A DNA stretch of 64,000 nucleotides from Candidatus Poribacteria bacterium (GTDB taxonomy: Bacteria; Abyssobacteria; SURF-5), in the NCBI GenBank assembly GCA_016215705.1, contig JACRIR010000130.1, forward strand, positions 1,456-65,455, in the 5' to 3' direction. The position numbers and the translations under genes are program-made. Position 1 is the stretch's first letter. Each line of letters starts with the position of its first letter. Positions 55,114-64,000 of the stretch are shown here, in pieces. A model generated the notes under the pieces. It was given only the letters and a program-made list of their open reading frames with translations, was not told the origin of the DNA and did not search any database.

Positions 55114-55821
55114 CTACTTAAGGATGTATTCCTCACCCGGATTCAACGCCACGACTTTCACGCCTGGCGCTTTTTCCTTCGCGAGCTTCAAGAATTCGGA
55201 TGCGTCCGGCTCGAGGATGGGGAACGTCTGATAGTGCATGGGGATCACGGCTTTCGGTTTCAGCAACGTCAGCGCATGCGCCGCCTGGAATGGGTCCATG
55301 GTGAAAACGCTGCCGATGGGCAATAGCGCGAGGTCGAGCTTGTACATGTCGCCGAGTGTGGCCATTGTGGCAAATATGCCGGTGTCGCCTGAGTGATAAA
55401 TGGTCTTGCCGTTCTCAAGTTTGACAATGAAGCCGCATGGGCTGCCGCTCGCGGAGGAATGGAACGCCTGTGTCAGCGTAAACTTAATTCCGTCGAGATT
55501 CGCCGTGCCACCGATGTTCATCCCGTAGCCGCCGTTGACAACCTGCTCTTGAGGCACGCCGAAATCGCTCTGCAGTTTGGCGGCTGTTTCGACGAGCCCT
55601 ATGATCATCGCCTTGGTGGTCAATGCGATATCGACAGCGTTCCCCATGTGATCGAAATGGTCATGTGTGACGAGGATATAGTCGATGTTCTTCAGGTCCG
55701 CAAGCTGTGTGCTGCATGATGGATTGCCCTCGAACCAGGGGTCGATGAGAATGTTCTTGCCGTTTGCGCTCGTTATTTGAAAATTTGCGTGTCCGTGCCA
55801 CTTGACAATTACATCACCCAT
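55114..55821 (-). CDS. UPF0173-type metal-dependent hydrolase (metallo-beta-lactamase fold)
   Basis: HGHANF start, VTHDHFDH metal-binding motif, about 235 aa. Confidence 0.8.
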   Translation of the reverse strand: MGDVIVKWHGHANFQITSANGKNILIDPWFEGNPSCSTQLADLKNIDYILVTHDHFDHMGNAVDIALTTKAMIIGLVETAAKLQSDFGVPQEQVVNGGYGMNIGGTANLDGIKFTLTQAFHSSASGSPCGFIVKLENGKTIYHSGDTGIFATMATLGDMYKLDLALLPIGSVFTMDPFQAAHALTLLKPKAVIPMHYQTFPILEPDASEFLKLAKEKAPGVKVVALNPGEEYILK

Positions 55822-56018
55822 AACTCACCTCCGTGTTTTCAAGCCGACAGCTATCCGTGGGACTTTGTGGGGAGACAACCAAGCGTCGGGCGGAATTATA
55901 TCAGAGGGCGGAGACTATTTCAAAGGCGAGATTTGGTGTCTGCAGATTGCGCAGATTCGCACAGCGCGGCATGGCCGCAGCCAAACAGAGAGTCTCGGGC
56001 ACGATGAATCGCCCCTCA

Positions 56019-56060
56019 GAAAATCGGGGACACGATGCGACATCGTGTCCCCGATTTTCT
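56019..56060. repeat. REP-1 palindromic repeat copy (GATGC variant)
   Basis: GAAAATCGGGGACACGATGCGACATCGTGTCCCCGATTTTCT. Confidence 0.8.
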
Positions 56061-56073
56061 TCATTCTTGCCTG

Positions 56074-56100
56074 CAAGGGCGCAATTCATTGCGCCCTGCG
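56074..56100. repeat. REP-4 hairpin copy
   Basis: CAAGGGCGCAATTCATTGCGCCCTGCG. Confidence 0.6.
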
Positions 56101-56105
56101 CCTTC

Positions 56106-57368
56106 TCACCTGAAAAACACAAACGTAATAACGACAAAGATCGGAATGAGGATACCGCCGGACCAGAGCATGTAGCCGAAGAAAGAAGGGACTTTCACTT
56201 TCTGGTGTTCGCAGATGACTTTGACCATGAAGTTCGGGCCGTTGCCGATATAAGTGTTGGCGCCCATGAAGACGGCGCCGACGGAAATGGCCTCGAGATA
56301 TCGCGCGGGCATCCCAACAATCTCCGCTGGCAAGCCGACGTCCACAGTTAGCCCCTTTGCCAGGCTGAAAAACGTGAGGTACGTCGGAGTATTGTCGAGG
56401 AATGAGGAAAGACCGCCCGTTACCCAAAAGAAGTGCCACGGCTTGGTTATCCCGAACTCCGCGCCCCTGGCCTCTAGGATAAGCAGGACGGGCACCATGG
56501 TTATAAAAATGCCGGCGAACAGGACCGCCACTTCGATGATCGGAGCATAATTGAATTCATTGTCCTCACGGATGCCTTTTGGAGTGAACACGAGGGAAAG
56601 GATCGACATTGCGATCATCGTGCCTTCTCTCATCGGGGTCCGGAGCAGAATGACGCTTAACATTATTCCTATAATAAAAACGACGTTTATCTTTCCGCGC
56701 ATGCCTATGGGCGTGACCATCGTGACGTCCCACGTCTTCACTTCTTCGGATTCCTTGTTCCAAAAGTGGCGGTCCGTAAGATAGAAGACAAGCAACACAA
56801 TTCCTGTTCCGATCAACCATTGCGGAATGAGCCGCAAAGTCCAAAAAAACGGGACCCCTCTCAGGTAGCCCATGAACAGAGGCGGATCCCCGATTGGTGT
56901 AAGAAGTCCGCCGATATTGCACACGATAAAGATAAAGAAAATCGGGATATGATATACATAGTTCCTTTCACTATTTGTGCGCAGAACGGGCCTGATAAGA
57001 AGCATCGCAGCGCCGGTCGTGCCGAACAGATTTGCGATGACGGCCCCGATGGCGAGAAAAATCGTGTTATTCCTCGGCGTCGCCTGAATGTCGCCACTCA
57101 GGAATATCCCGCCAGAAATCACAAAGAGCGAGCCAAGCAGCACAATAAACGAGATGAACTCTTCGAGCGAATGAATAATGGGATGGAAATCGTTGTGATA
57201 GCCAAACAGAATAAGCACGGGTACTGACAAGATTCCCGCAATGATAGCCTTATTGCGATTGCTTTCCCAGAAATGCTCCAAAGCCAATGGGAACACCGCG
57301 ATGGCAAGCAACAAAGCAACGAAAAAACCCATCGACCAGAATGGCAGAGTCTTTCCTAATTCTTCCAT
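56106..57368 (-). CDS. Ion-transporter superfamily permease (ArsB/NhaD-like putative Na+/H+ antiporter)
   Basis: 420 aa with about 11-12 TM segments; the overall pattern resembles NhaD/ArsB-family antiporters. Confidence 0.6.
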   Translation of the reverse strand: MEELGKTLPFWSMGFFVALLLAIAVFPLALEHFWESNRNKAIIAGILSVPVLILFGYHNDFHPIIHSLEEFISFIVLLGSLFVISGGIFLSGDIQATPRNNTIFLAIGAVIANLFGTTGAAMLLIRPVLRTNSERNYVYHIPIFFIFIVCNIGGLLTPIGDPPLFMGYLRGVPFFWTLRLIPQWLIGTGIVLLVFYLTDRHFWNKESEEVKTWDVTMVTPIGMRGKINVVFIIGIMLSVILLRTPMREGTMIAMSILSLVFTPKGIREDNEFNYAPIIEVAVLFAGIFITMVPVLLILEARGAEFGITKPWHFFWVTGGLSSFLDNTPTYLTFFSLAKGLTVDVGLPAEIVGMPARYLEAISVGAVFMGANTYIGNGPNFMVKVICEHQKVKVPSFFGYMLWSGGILIPIFVVITFVFFR

Positions 57369-57940
57369 GATTTTTCTCTTTCCAATCTTGTTTTACTTTG
57401 TCGGGTGCGCGTACCATTTGTTCGACAACAGAGGCATGAAATGCGAGGGCATGGGGTGACTCATAGCCCACATTCTAACAGAGGCCCCAAGCGAATGTCA
57501 AACACAACATATTGGGGTTAATAATAATTTCGCCCCTTTATGTTGGTGTGACAGGGCATCGGGCATTTCTATGAGATTGTCTTACGGAAGGGTAAATGCA
57601 GGCGGGTCAATAAGAAGATTGTGGAAGCTTTGCGCTCATGCGTTGTCCTTCTTCCATTTCTCTATGAATAGGCGAGCCTCGGAATAACAGGAGGGGCAAT
57701 AAGTGTGCGTGACTTGTTTGGTTATCAGTTCAGCCTTGATCGGCTTTCTCCAGCCCTGCGGGCTCCGCACTTTCTGGCAGCTACAACATTGCACTGTCAT
57801 TTCTCTCAACTCCTTTGCGCGAACTCGATCCGACGTTGCTTCGGTGTCAGTGTTCCCGGATGCGCTTCATTCCGGGTTGCGTGTGGTCTTTCTGGAGGAA
57901 TTATCGGCAGGCTGGGTACGGAACTTTAGCCAGCGCGCAG

Positions 57941-59002
57941 TCAGGAGTTTAGGGCAGGAGGCGTCTCGGACTCAATTCGCGCGAACGCTTCGCTGAACTC
58001 ATCAAACAGATTCTTCTTGTACAGATCGGGAAGAAAACCGGCTCTGACACCATTGAGGCACAGAGTCTTGATTTCCTGCCAGTCGAGGCCGAGCATCTCA
58101 CTGGAGACTTTGTATTCATCGGTCAATGAAGAGCCGAACATGTCGGGGTCATCGCTGTTCAGGGTGATCAGCAATCCGCGGCGCAGATAATCGGGAAGCG
58201 GGTGGTCCGCGTATGAGCGCGTCGCGCCCGTCGCCACATTGCTGGTCGGACACATGTCGACCGCGATGTTGTGGATGCGCATATATTCGAGCAGTTGCTC
58301 ATCCGCGCGCGCGCCGAGGCCATGTCCTATGCGCTCGGCCCCGAGGGACGTGACTGCGCCCCACACGCTCGCCGATCCGACAACCTCACCCGCATGCGCG
58401 ACGACGTGCAAACCCTCCTTGCGCGCAAACTCGAATTGTTTAACGAATATCTCCGGCGAATAGTGCAGTTCGTCGCCTCCCAGCCCCACGGCGATAACCC
58501 CGCGCGCCTGATTCTCGAGCGCCTCGCGCACCGTCTGCCAGGCGTGTTCATGGCCAAACTGTCGCCCCACGTCGAATATGAAGCGAGCTTCTATTCCTTT
58601 CTCGCGGGCTACTCTTGTCGCGCCGGCATCGATCCCGCGCATCACCGTCTCCATGGAAATCCCGTATAGTCTGGACATCGTCGGAGCTATCGTTATTTCC
58701 GCGTACCGCACGTTTTGGGAGTGCAGATTCTCGAGCACGTCAACACAAGCTTCCTCGAAGTCCTCGACCTCTCGCAGACATTTGCATCGCAGCCGATATG
58801 AATCGAGGAAGTTGATGAGATGTCCGAAACGGTGGCGCCCTGTTTCCGGGTTGATCACCAGCCCGGCGACATCGATCGAGTTTCTTTGAGCGAGTCGCTC
58901 GATCGTCCGCGAAGGGATCGATCCCTCAAGATGCACGTGGAGCTCGACTTTCGGCATTTGCTCTATGGCGCGAAAAAGGTTGTCTTGCCGGCCTGCTTCC
59001 AT
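57941..59002 (-). CDS. add: Adenosine deaminase
   Basis: KVELHVHLEGS metal-binding motif, GHG, SLNSDDP and the catalytic HAGE region. Start taken at MEAGRQ; the ORF-track N-terminus runs into the REP-1 element. Confidence 0.85.
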   Translation of the reverse strand: MEAGRQDNLFRAIEQMPKVELHVHLEGSIPSRTIERLAQRNSIDVAGLVINPETGRHRFGHLINFLDSYRLRCKCLREVEDFEEACVDVLENLHSQNVRYAEITIAPTMSRLYGISMETVMRGIDAGATRVAREKGIEARFIFDVGRQFGHEHAWQTVREALENQARGVIAVGLGGDELHYSPEIFVKQFEFARKEGLHVVAHAGEVVGSASVWGAVTSLGAERIGHGLGARADEQLLEYMRIHNIAVDMCPTSNVATGATRSYADHPLPDYLRRGLLITLNSDDPDMFGSSLTDEYKVSSEMLGLDWQEIKTLCLNGVRAGFLPDLYKKNLFDEFSEAFARIESETPPALNS

Positions 59003-59034
59003 TTGTCTTCCTCCTGAGAAACTGGCGACTGTCG

Positions 59035-59081
59035 CCCCTAATTCGGGGACACGATGCGGCATCGTGTCCCCGAATTAGGGG
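59035..59081. repeat. REP-1 palindromic repeat copy, followed by a partial second copy to ~59104
   Basis: CCCCTAATTCGGGGACACGATGCGGCATCGTGTCCCCGAATTAGGGG, then GGCATCGTTTCCCTGAATAAGTG. Confidence 0.85.
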
Positions 59082-59222
59082 GGCATCGTTTCCCTGAATA
59101 AGTGTCCATCCGCCGTTGCGTAATTCATGCCAAACATGCAGAACACAGATTCATTGCAATCACAATCCTGATAATAATATAATGAATCAACTCTTGTGAA
59201 TGCAACATGGAAGGAGATGAGG

Positions 59223-60368
59223 ATGCCACAGGTCGACAAGAAACTCAGAATGCTCATCGTCTTCGGAACCAGGCCGGAAGCCATAAAACTGGCCCCTGTT
59301 GTTCGCGAGGCCGCGAAAAGACAGTGGGCGCAGCCCATTGTTTGTGTCACAGCTCAGCACAGGGAGATGCTTGACCAGATGCTCGCGGTCTTCGGCATCC
59401 GGCCGGATGTCGACCTTGGCATCATGACTCACAAACAGAGCCTGCACGCGATAACCGCCAAGATATTGACGGGCCTGCACAAGGTTATTGAGCAAACGCG
59501 CCCGCATCTTATTATTGCCCAGGGCGACACCACCACGACATTTGCCGCGAGCCTCGCAGCGTTCTATGCGAGGGTCCCGGTTGCCCACGTTGAAGCCGGT
59601 TTGAGAACGTATAGGAAGGATGAACCGTTTCCGGAAGAAGTAAACCGCAAACTCGCCGATGCGCTTGCCGACTTTTACTTTGCCGCCACCGAGGGGAATC
59701 GCAAGAATCTTCTGAGCGAAGGAACTGATCCCGGCCGAATATTCGTGGTCGGAAACACTGTTGTCGATGCCCTCCGGCGCATCTTGAGGGCCAATCGGGA
59801 AAAGAGCTCGTTTGACGATCTGCCTGTTTTCGAGCGACACAGAAAAATTGTTGTCGTTACCGCCCACAGGAGAGAGAGTTTCGGCGAACCGCTCATAAAC
59901 ATCTGTCAGGCGATAAGAAAAATCGCGGAGTCGAACGACGACGTGGAGGTCGTGTATCCGGTCCACCTGAATCCGAACGTGCTCATTCCCGTCCGCAGAA
60001 TGCTCGGAGGAAACAAGAGAATTCATTTGCTTCCGCCGCTCGACTACTTTTCATTTGTCGAACTGCTCCGGCGCTCTTCACTGATACTCACGGACTCGGG
60101 CGGCGTCCAGGAGGAAGCGCCCACGCTCGGGAAACCGGTCATCGTAATGCGTGAAGTCACCGAAAGACCCGAGGGCGTGGACGCCGGATTCGTGAGGATA
60201 GTCGGGACCGGTGGCAGCCCAATCGTGAAAGCCGCGCAAGAGCTTCTGGAAGACTCGTCCGCTCGTTCACGCCTGAAGAAGATTCCGAATCCATACGGCG
60301 ACGGACGCGCCGCACACAGGATTCTGAACGTAATCGGTAGGTATCGCGCATCGCTGCTCTCTGAATAA
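59223..60368 (+). CDS. wecB: UDP-N-acetylglucosamine 2-epimerase (non-hydrolysing)
   Basis: LRMLIVFGTRPEAIKLAPV...VTAQHREML...AQGDTTTTFA...HVEAGLRT...TDSGGVQEEAPTLGKPVIVMR. Start taken at MPQVDK, 7 nt after AAGGAG. Confidence 0.9.
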   Translation: MPQVDKKLRMLIVFGTRPEAIKLAPVVREAAKRQWAQPIVCVTAQHREMLDQMLAVFGIRPDVDLGIMTHKQSLHAITAKILTGLHKVIEQTRPHLIIAQGDTTTTFAASLAAFYARVPVAHVEAGLRTYRKDEPFPEEVNRKLADALADFYFAATEGNRKNLLSEGTDPGRIFVVGNTVVDALRRILRANREKSSFDDLPVFERHRKIVVVTAHRRESFGEPLINICQAIRKIAESNDDVEVVYPVHLNPNVLIPVRRMLGGNKRIHLLPPLDYFSFVELLRRSSLILTDSGGVQEEAPTLGKPVIVMREVTERPEGVDAGFVRIVGTGGSPIVKAAQELLEDSSARSRLKKIPNPYGDGRAAHRILNVIGRYRASLLSE

Positions 60369-60696
60369 TAGGCACAGAGCCGATGCGCGGGTCCGTCCGT
60401 GACTCGCGCTGCAACACCCCGTAGGCGCACGCGAGGCGCTCCTGTCAGAATTCCTGCCGGCATGTAAGAAAATGATACATTCTGCGCATTCTTTGTGCAT
60501 CAAAATGGAAGAATCCCTGTGAGGCCGAAGAATGAGCGATGGCCATATCAGCTTGATGCAGTTGGTGTTATGAACTTATTGCAGTTGATGGCACAGAAAG
60601 TGCTTGCCAAAGCAACCGTATAGGTGTTTTTATTTATTACTATCATCATTATCATTCATTCAATGACTGTCTGAGACAGCGGAAAGGGGTATCGTA

Positions 60697-61635
60697 ATGA
60701 GCAAAATCATCGCAATCGTGGAAGATGACCGCGACCTCGGCGAGATAATACGCACTCGCCTGCAGGGCGCCGGTTATCAATGCTTCCTCATCCCGGACAG
60801 CGAGAAGGCTTTCCCCATCCTCAAGAATAAGAAACCCGATCTCGCGATACTCGACGTCATGATGCCGAAGGTGAGCGGATACGAGTTGTGCCGTCATATC
60901 AGGCGCGACCCTTTGATCTTCATGATTCCCGTACTCATGTTATCGGCGCTCGGCGGGGAACCGGAGATTTCGCACGCTTTGGAGCAGGGGGCCGACGACT
61001 ATCTTGTGAAGCCTTTCGACCTCGGGGTCCTCTTCGCAAAGGTCAAGGCGCTCCTCGAAAAACAGGCGCGCACTTTGCAGAAAAATCCGCTCACTGATCT
61101 CTACGGAGGAGAATACCTCAAGAGATTGATCACGAACAAACTCTTTCGCGATGAACTCATAGCCGCGTGCTACTTCACGCTCACGCACTTCGGTCCTTAT
61201 GTCAAACTCTATGGCAGCCAGAAACGCGACGAAGCAGTGAAAGCCTTGTCCGACGCGCTGAAAGAAGTCACCCGCGATTCGGGCGTGTATGAATGCGCGA
61301 TCACGCATCTGGGTGGACCCGACTTCATAGTACTACTTTCCGTCAAGGATTTCGAGAGGTACTGCAAGGAAGTCATCTCGCGGTTTCAGCATCGGAGGAA
61401 TGCGCTGTACAATGCCGTGGACCTGAACCGGGGATCAATAGAGGTGGAGGCAAACGGCGGAACAAGGACCGATTATCCGATCATGTCGGTCTCAGTGGGA
61501 GTCGTCACGAACGAGCGCATCAAATTCCGCGAGAGCGCGCAGATGGTAAAGGTCGCGGGCGAAGTCAATAAGCGCGCACAGCAACAGCAGAACAATGGAC
61601 ACCTCGAGATATTGAGGGAAGCAATACTGCTGTAG
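60697..61635 (+). CDS. Response regulator: CheY-like receiver + degenerate GGDEF-like domain
   Basis: REC domain (IVEDDRDLGE...DLAILDVMMP...DDYLVKPF). The C-terminal domain has GGDEF-fold landmarks (LTDLYGGEYL), but the GG[DE]EF site reads GGPDF, so it is likely not a diguanylate cyclase. Confidence 0.7.
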   Translation: MSKIIAIVEDDRDLGEIIRTRLQGAGYQCFLIPDSEKAFPILKNKKPDLAILDVMMPKVSGYELCRHIRRDPLIFMIPVLMLSALGGEPEISHALEQGADDYLVKPFDLGVLFAKVKALLEKQARTLQKNPLTDLYGGEYLKRLITNKLFRDELIAACYFTLTHFGPYVKLYGSQKRDEAVKALSDALKEVTRDSGVYECAITHLGGPDFIVLLSVKDFERYCKEVISRFQHRRNALYNAVDLNRGSIEVEANGGTRTDYPIMSVSVGVVTNERIKFRESAQMVKVAGEVNKRAQQQQNNGHLEILREAILL

Positions 61636-61646
61636 CCCGAGGATGC

Positions 61647-61678
61647 TTTCACCGCAAAGGCGCAAAGAGCGCGAAGGA
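61647..61678. repeat. REP-3 repeat copy
   Basis: CTTTCACCGCAAAGGCGCAAAGAGCGCGAAGG. Confidence 0.6.
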
Positions 61679-61723
61679 ACCAACAAAAATTATTCAAGAG
61701 ACCAAGACACCGACGAGTATTTG

Positions 61724-61885
61724 AGATAGGGGCGGTTCGTGAACCGCCCCTACAACGAGTAAGGCGATTCACATCGCGGCATAGCCGCAACCAGCCAAAG
61801 AACGCGCATCGGGCGCGATGAATCGCGCCCCTACAGGGTTTCTCGATTCGTGCGTGTAGGGGCGCAATTCATTGCGCCCATGTGA
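61724..61885. repeat. Cluster of three REP-4 hairpins
   Basis: GGGGCGGTTCgtGAACCGCCCCTAC, GGGCGCGATgaATCGCGCCCCTACAG, GTAGGGGCGCAATtcATTGCGCCC. Confidence 0.7.
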
Positions 61886-62032
61886 TTATACAGAACGTCA
61901 CAAAAGATCGCGCATGTTCCGCGCTGCAATTCTTACGGATTCCCGTTTTTGCGGGAATGACGGGTGGTGATGTTCTTCGGCGCGCGCAAAGTACTTATGA
62001 CACGATGTATAATATGCGTGCCACGGCTCGCT

Positions 62033-62407
62033 TCAGACTCTGCCGCCTTCTTGCGAAAGCTCGATCATCACGCCGTCCGGGCCCGCGACAAATGCGATCT
62101 TGATGCCCTCTCCCAGGCTCATTGGCTCCAGCAGGAAATCCGCCCCTTTCTTCTTCAGCTCTTCGGCGGCAGCGTCTACGTCCGCAACCCTGAAACCGAT
62201 GTGGTCAATCGATGATCCGGCGGGCACGCTGCTTGGCGCTTTGTCATTTATAAGAACCCGGGTTCCCCCGAAGTCCACGATTACTATGTTCGTTCCCGCC
62301 ACCTCGAATTCGCCGGATTTCTTTCCCCCGAATTTCTCGACATAGAATCTCGCCGCAGCGTTAACATCCGCTGAACTAAGATGTACGTGATCAAACTCGA
62401 ATCTCAT
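62033..62407 (-). CDS. VOC-family (glyoxalase/bleomycin-resistance fold) protein
   Basis: MRFEFDHVHLSSADVNAAARFYVEKFG...IDHIGFRVADVD is a two-module VOC fold. Start taken at the internal Met (62405-62407). Confidence 0.75.
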   Translation of the reverse strand: MRFEFDHVHLSSADVNAAARFYVEKFGGKKSGEFEVAGTNIVIVDFGGTRVLINDKAPSSVPAGSSIDHIGFRVADVDAAAEELKKKGADFLLEPMSLGEGIKIAFVAGPDGVMIELSQEGGRV

Positions 62408-62494
62408 ATGTGCTCCTCCTTGTGCCTCTCCCCCACTCGTAGTTATCCGGAAACAATCCGGCGACGCGAATTCTAACAGAAGGACGGAGACCAA

Positions 62495-62524
62495 GTCAAT
62501 TCTGAGCAAGACGAAGAATCTCTG
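62495..62524. repeat. REP-5 variant copy
   Basis: GTCAATTCTGAGCAAGACGAAGAATCTCTG. Confidence 0.55.
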
Positions 62525-62587
62525 CACCACTCACGTTCGAAATCTTTCATTCCCATCGTGACTTCGCATGAAACCCCACATGGAAAT

Positions 62588-62620
62588 CATGAGGGCGCAA
62601 TGAATTGCGCCCCTACAGAC
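62588..62620. repeat. REP-4 hairpin copy
   Basis: CATGAGGGCGCAATGAATTGCGCCCCTACAGAC. Confidence 0.65.
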
Positions 62621-62818
62621 AAGAATGAAGACTCCGAATGCCGGCGGATGATTATGGCCGCAGAATCCAGAAAGTGTTTTGGCCGTTTGTGGGAAATAAG
62701 GGGAAACCTGAAGGGGTGGAAATTCGCCTTCGGGGACGTGGCTGTAAAGTTCATAAATCCCTTATTTGTCTATGAGATATTGTTTGTTGGAAAAGAGTTC
62801 TTGTGTCTGAGAAAGTGC

Positions 62819-62890
62819 TTGACAATAGGAGGGCTATGTGGTAAAATTTGGGGTAAACAGATAATAAAGTGGGAATAAGTGGGGACACCC
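62819..62890 (+). promoter_or_regulatory. Pmra-like sigma70 promoter with phased GTGGG direct repeats (candidate MraZ operator)
   Basis: TTGACA-17-TAAAAT (62819-62847). GTGG(G/T) repeats sit at 62838, 62849, 62869 and 62879 with spacing 11/20/10 bp, like the TGGGN direct repeats bound by MraZ. Confidence 0.55.
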
Positions 62891-63325
62891 GACGTGCTCC
62901 TGTTTTCCGGAAGCTACAAATACTCTCTGGACGACAAGAATCGGCTCATCATACCGGTGAAATTCCGAGAGATTCTGAGCGCTGAAGGTGTTGACAAGCT
63001 TTATGTGGTCAAAGGCGACTCTCACCTCTTCGCTTTTCCTCTTCCCATTTTTCTTGAGCTCTCCGAACGCCTGAAATCATGGGATTTTACGAAGGAGAGC
63101 AATCAGAACTACGTTCGGCTGTTTTTCTCCGATGCCTTCGATGTCGCCCCCGACAAGCAGGGCAGAATCATCTTGCCCAAAGAATTGTGCGAAAAAGTCG
63201 GTATTGACAGTGAAGTTGTCGTCATCGGCGTCTTGAACCGCATGGAAATCTGGTCACCGGAGAAGTGGACGGATTTTCGTGAAAAGGCCACACTCCGGGG
63301 ATTCTCGGCAAACCTCGAAATCTAA
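62879..63325 (+). CDS. mraZ: Division/cell-wall cluster transcriptional regulator MraZ
   Basis: Two DXXXR motifs (DDKNRLIIP and DKQGRIILP) in tandem SpoVT-AbrB-like halves. Start may instead be the GTG at 62894. Confidence 0.85.
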   Translation: MGTPDVLLFSGSYKYSLDDKNRLIIPVKFREILSAEGVDKLYVVKGDSHLFAFPLPIFLELSERLKSWDFTKESNQNYVRLFFSDAFDVAPDKQGRIILPKELCEKVGIDSEVVVIGVLNRMEIWSPEKWTDFREKATLRGFSANLEI

Positions 63326-63374
63326 GAAATAATACCATATTTGGGGGTGTAATGTCAAAGGAGGGCAAGTAAAA

Positions 63375-63749
63375 GTGGGAGCCGAATTTGAAAAGGTCGA
63401 ACATCAGAATGTCGCTGTTCTCAAGGTCTCGGGCAATCTCGATACCTCGACGTGTAAGCACCTCAAGAGAGCTCTAGTGACGCTTATCAAAGAGGAGCAT
63501 TACAACATCGTGGTCGATATGCGCAAGGTGGCTCAGATCAATTACACCGGCGTGGGGACGCTCCTCGAGCGTCTCCGGCAAGTCCGGAAATTAAGCGGCG
63601 ACCTGAAGTTGTCCGGCTTGAACAACATCACCCGCAAAGCCCTCAGCATGGTTGGCGCTTCAAAAGTGTTTGAAACGTACGAAAACGAAGATGCCGCAAT
63701 AGCCAGCTTTGCGGCCAAAGAAGAAACGAACGCTGTTGGCGTTCAATAG
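63375..63749 (+). CDS. STAS-domain anti-sigma-factor antagonist (SpoIIAA-like)
   Basis: VAVLKVSGNLDTSTCKHLKRAL...VVDMRKVAQINYTGVGTLLE...LKLSGLNN is the anti-anti-sigma fold with a conserved Ser/Thr-region. Confidence 0.7.
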   Translation: MGAEFEKVEHQNVAVLKVSGNLDTSTCKHLKRALVTLIKEEHYNIVVDMRKVAQINYTGVGTLLERLRQVRKLSGDLKLSGLNNITRKALSMVGASKVFETYENEDAAIASFAAKEETNAVGVQ

Positions 63750-64000
63750 CGATGGTTCCGGCGCTCCGGCCCACGTGCCGGTCCTGGCGGAAGTCGCCGT
63801 CGGATTCCTCGAGTGTTCGCCGGGAAAAGTGGTCTTGGACGCCACAATCGGAGCCGGCGGACACGCTGAACTGATTCTTTCGCGCCTGGGGGAGAACGGC
63901 CGTCTCATTGGAGTTGATTGGGACGAACGGGCTCTCGAGATTGCGCGCAAGCGCCTCGGATCGAGGCCAAACCTTTCGCTCGTCAGAGATAACTTCCGTA
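63737..64000 (+). CDS. rsmH: 16S rRNA (cytosine1402-N4)-methyltransferase RsmH/MraW, N-terminal part (runs off window)
   Basis: HVPVLAEVAVGFL...VLDATIGAGGHAELIL...GRLIGVDWDERAL matches the RsmH N-terminus. Start codon uncertain; TTG at 63737 proposed. Confidence 0.75.

Noticed and set aside
57660-57960. Possible RNase P RNA (minus-strand GAAAGUGCGGAGCCCGCAGGGCUGG resembles the P4/P5 region GAAAGUCCGGGCUCCAUAGGGCAGG)
   Set aside because: The universally conserved GUCC is GUGC here. The AACCCGG-containing segment that would form the P4 3' strand lies 5' of it, not 3', which is the wrong order. No ACAGAACCCGGCUUA-like 3' element is found in the right place.

Overview
This 64 kb window is a moderately high-GC bacterial chromosomal segment, densely coding, with no rRNA, tRNA or CRISPR array found. 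The core genes are syntenic and include rpsB-tsf-pyrH, an mvhD-like/metV/metF methylene-THF reductase cluster followed by a split archaeal-type glutamate-synthase-like trio, lipB, tandem pilT/pilU, an ArsR-regulated P1B heavy-metal ATPase, pyk-bshC, a bioBFDA operon with a BirA-box-like palindrome, and E1alpha/E1beta/E2 2-oxoacid dehydrogenase genes interrupted by osmC. There is also a large flagellar export and regulation cluster (fliQ-fliR-flhB-flhA-flhF-flhG-fliM-fliN/Y-fliA, a fliK-like gene and a flhB-C-like gene), then add, wecB, a REC plus degenerate GGDEF regulator, and the start of the dcw cluster (mraZ, a STAS gene, rsmH). The standout feature is a complete diversity-generating retroelement at about 31.5-36.4 kb. 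Its target is a 1089-aa protein with an N-terminal calcineurin-like metallophosphoesterase, a central NACHT/STAND P-loop NTPase and a C-terminal FGE-sulfatase (C-type-lectin fold) domain. A 112-bp VR at the C-terminus matches a TR downstream of the reverse transcriptase, and every VR/TR difference falls on a TR adenine (about 18 A-to-N changes, zero non-A changes). An Avd gene and an RT carrying the DGR-type IGxxxSQ motif lie between them. Intergenic DNA carries at least five families of short palindromic or MITE-like repeats. These include 11 copies of a 43-bp perfect palindrome (GCTTATTCGGGGACACCATGCGGCATGGTGTCCCCGAATAAGC) and perfect inverted repeats embedded in-frame in bioD and bioA. Many long minus-strand ORFs in the track are antisense artefacts of GC-rich coding DNA and were rejected.
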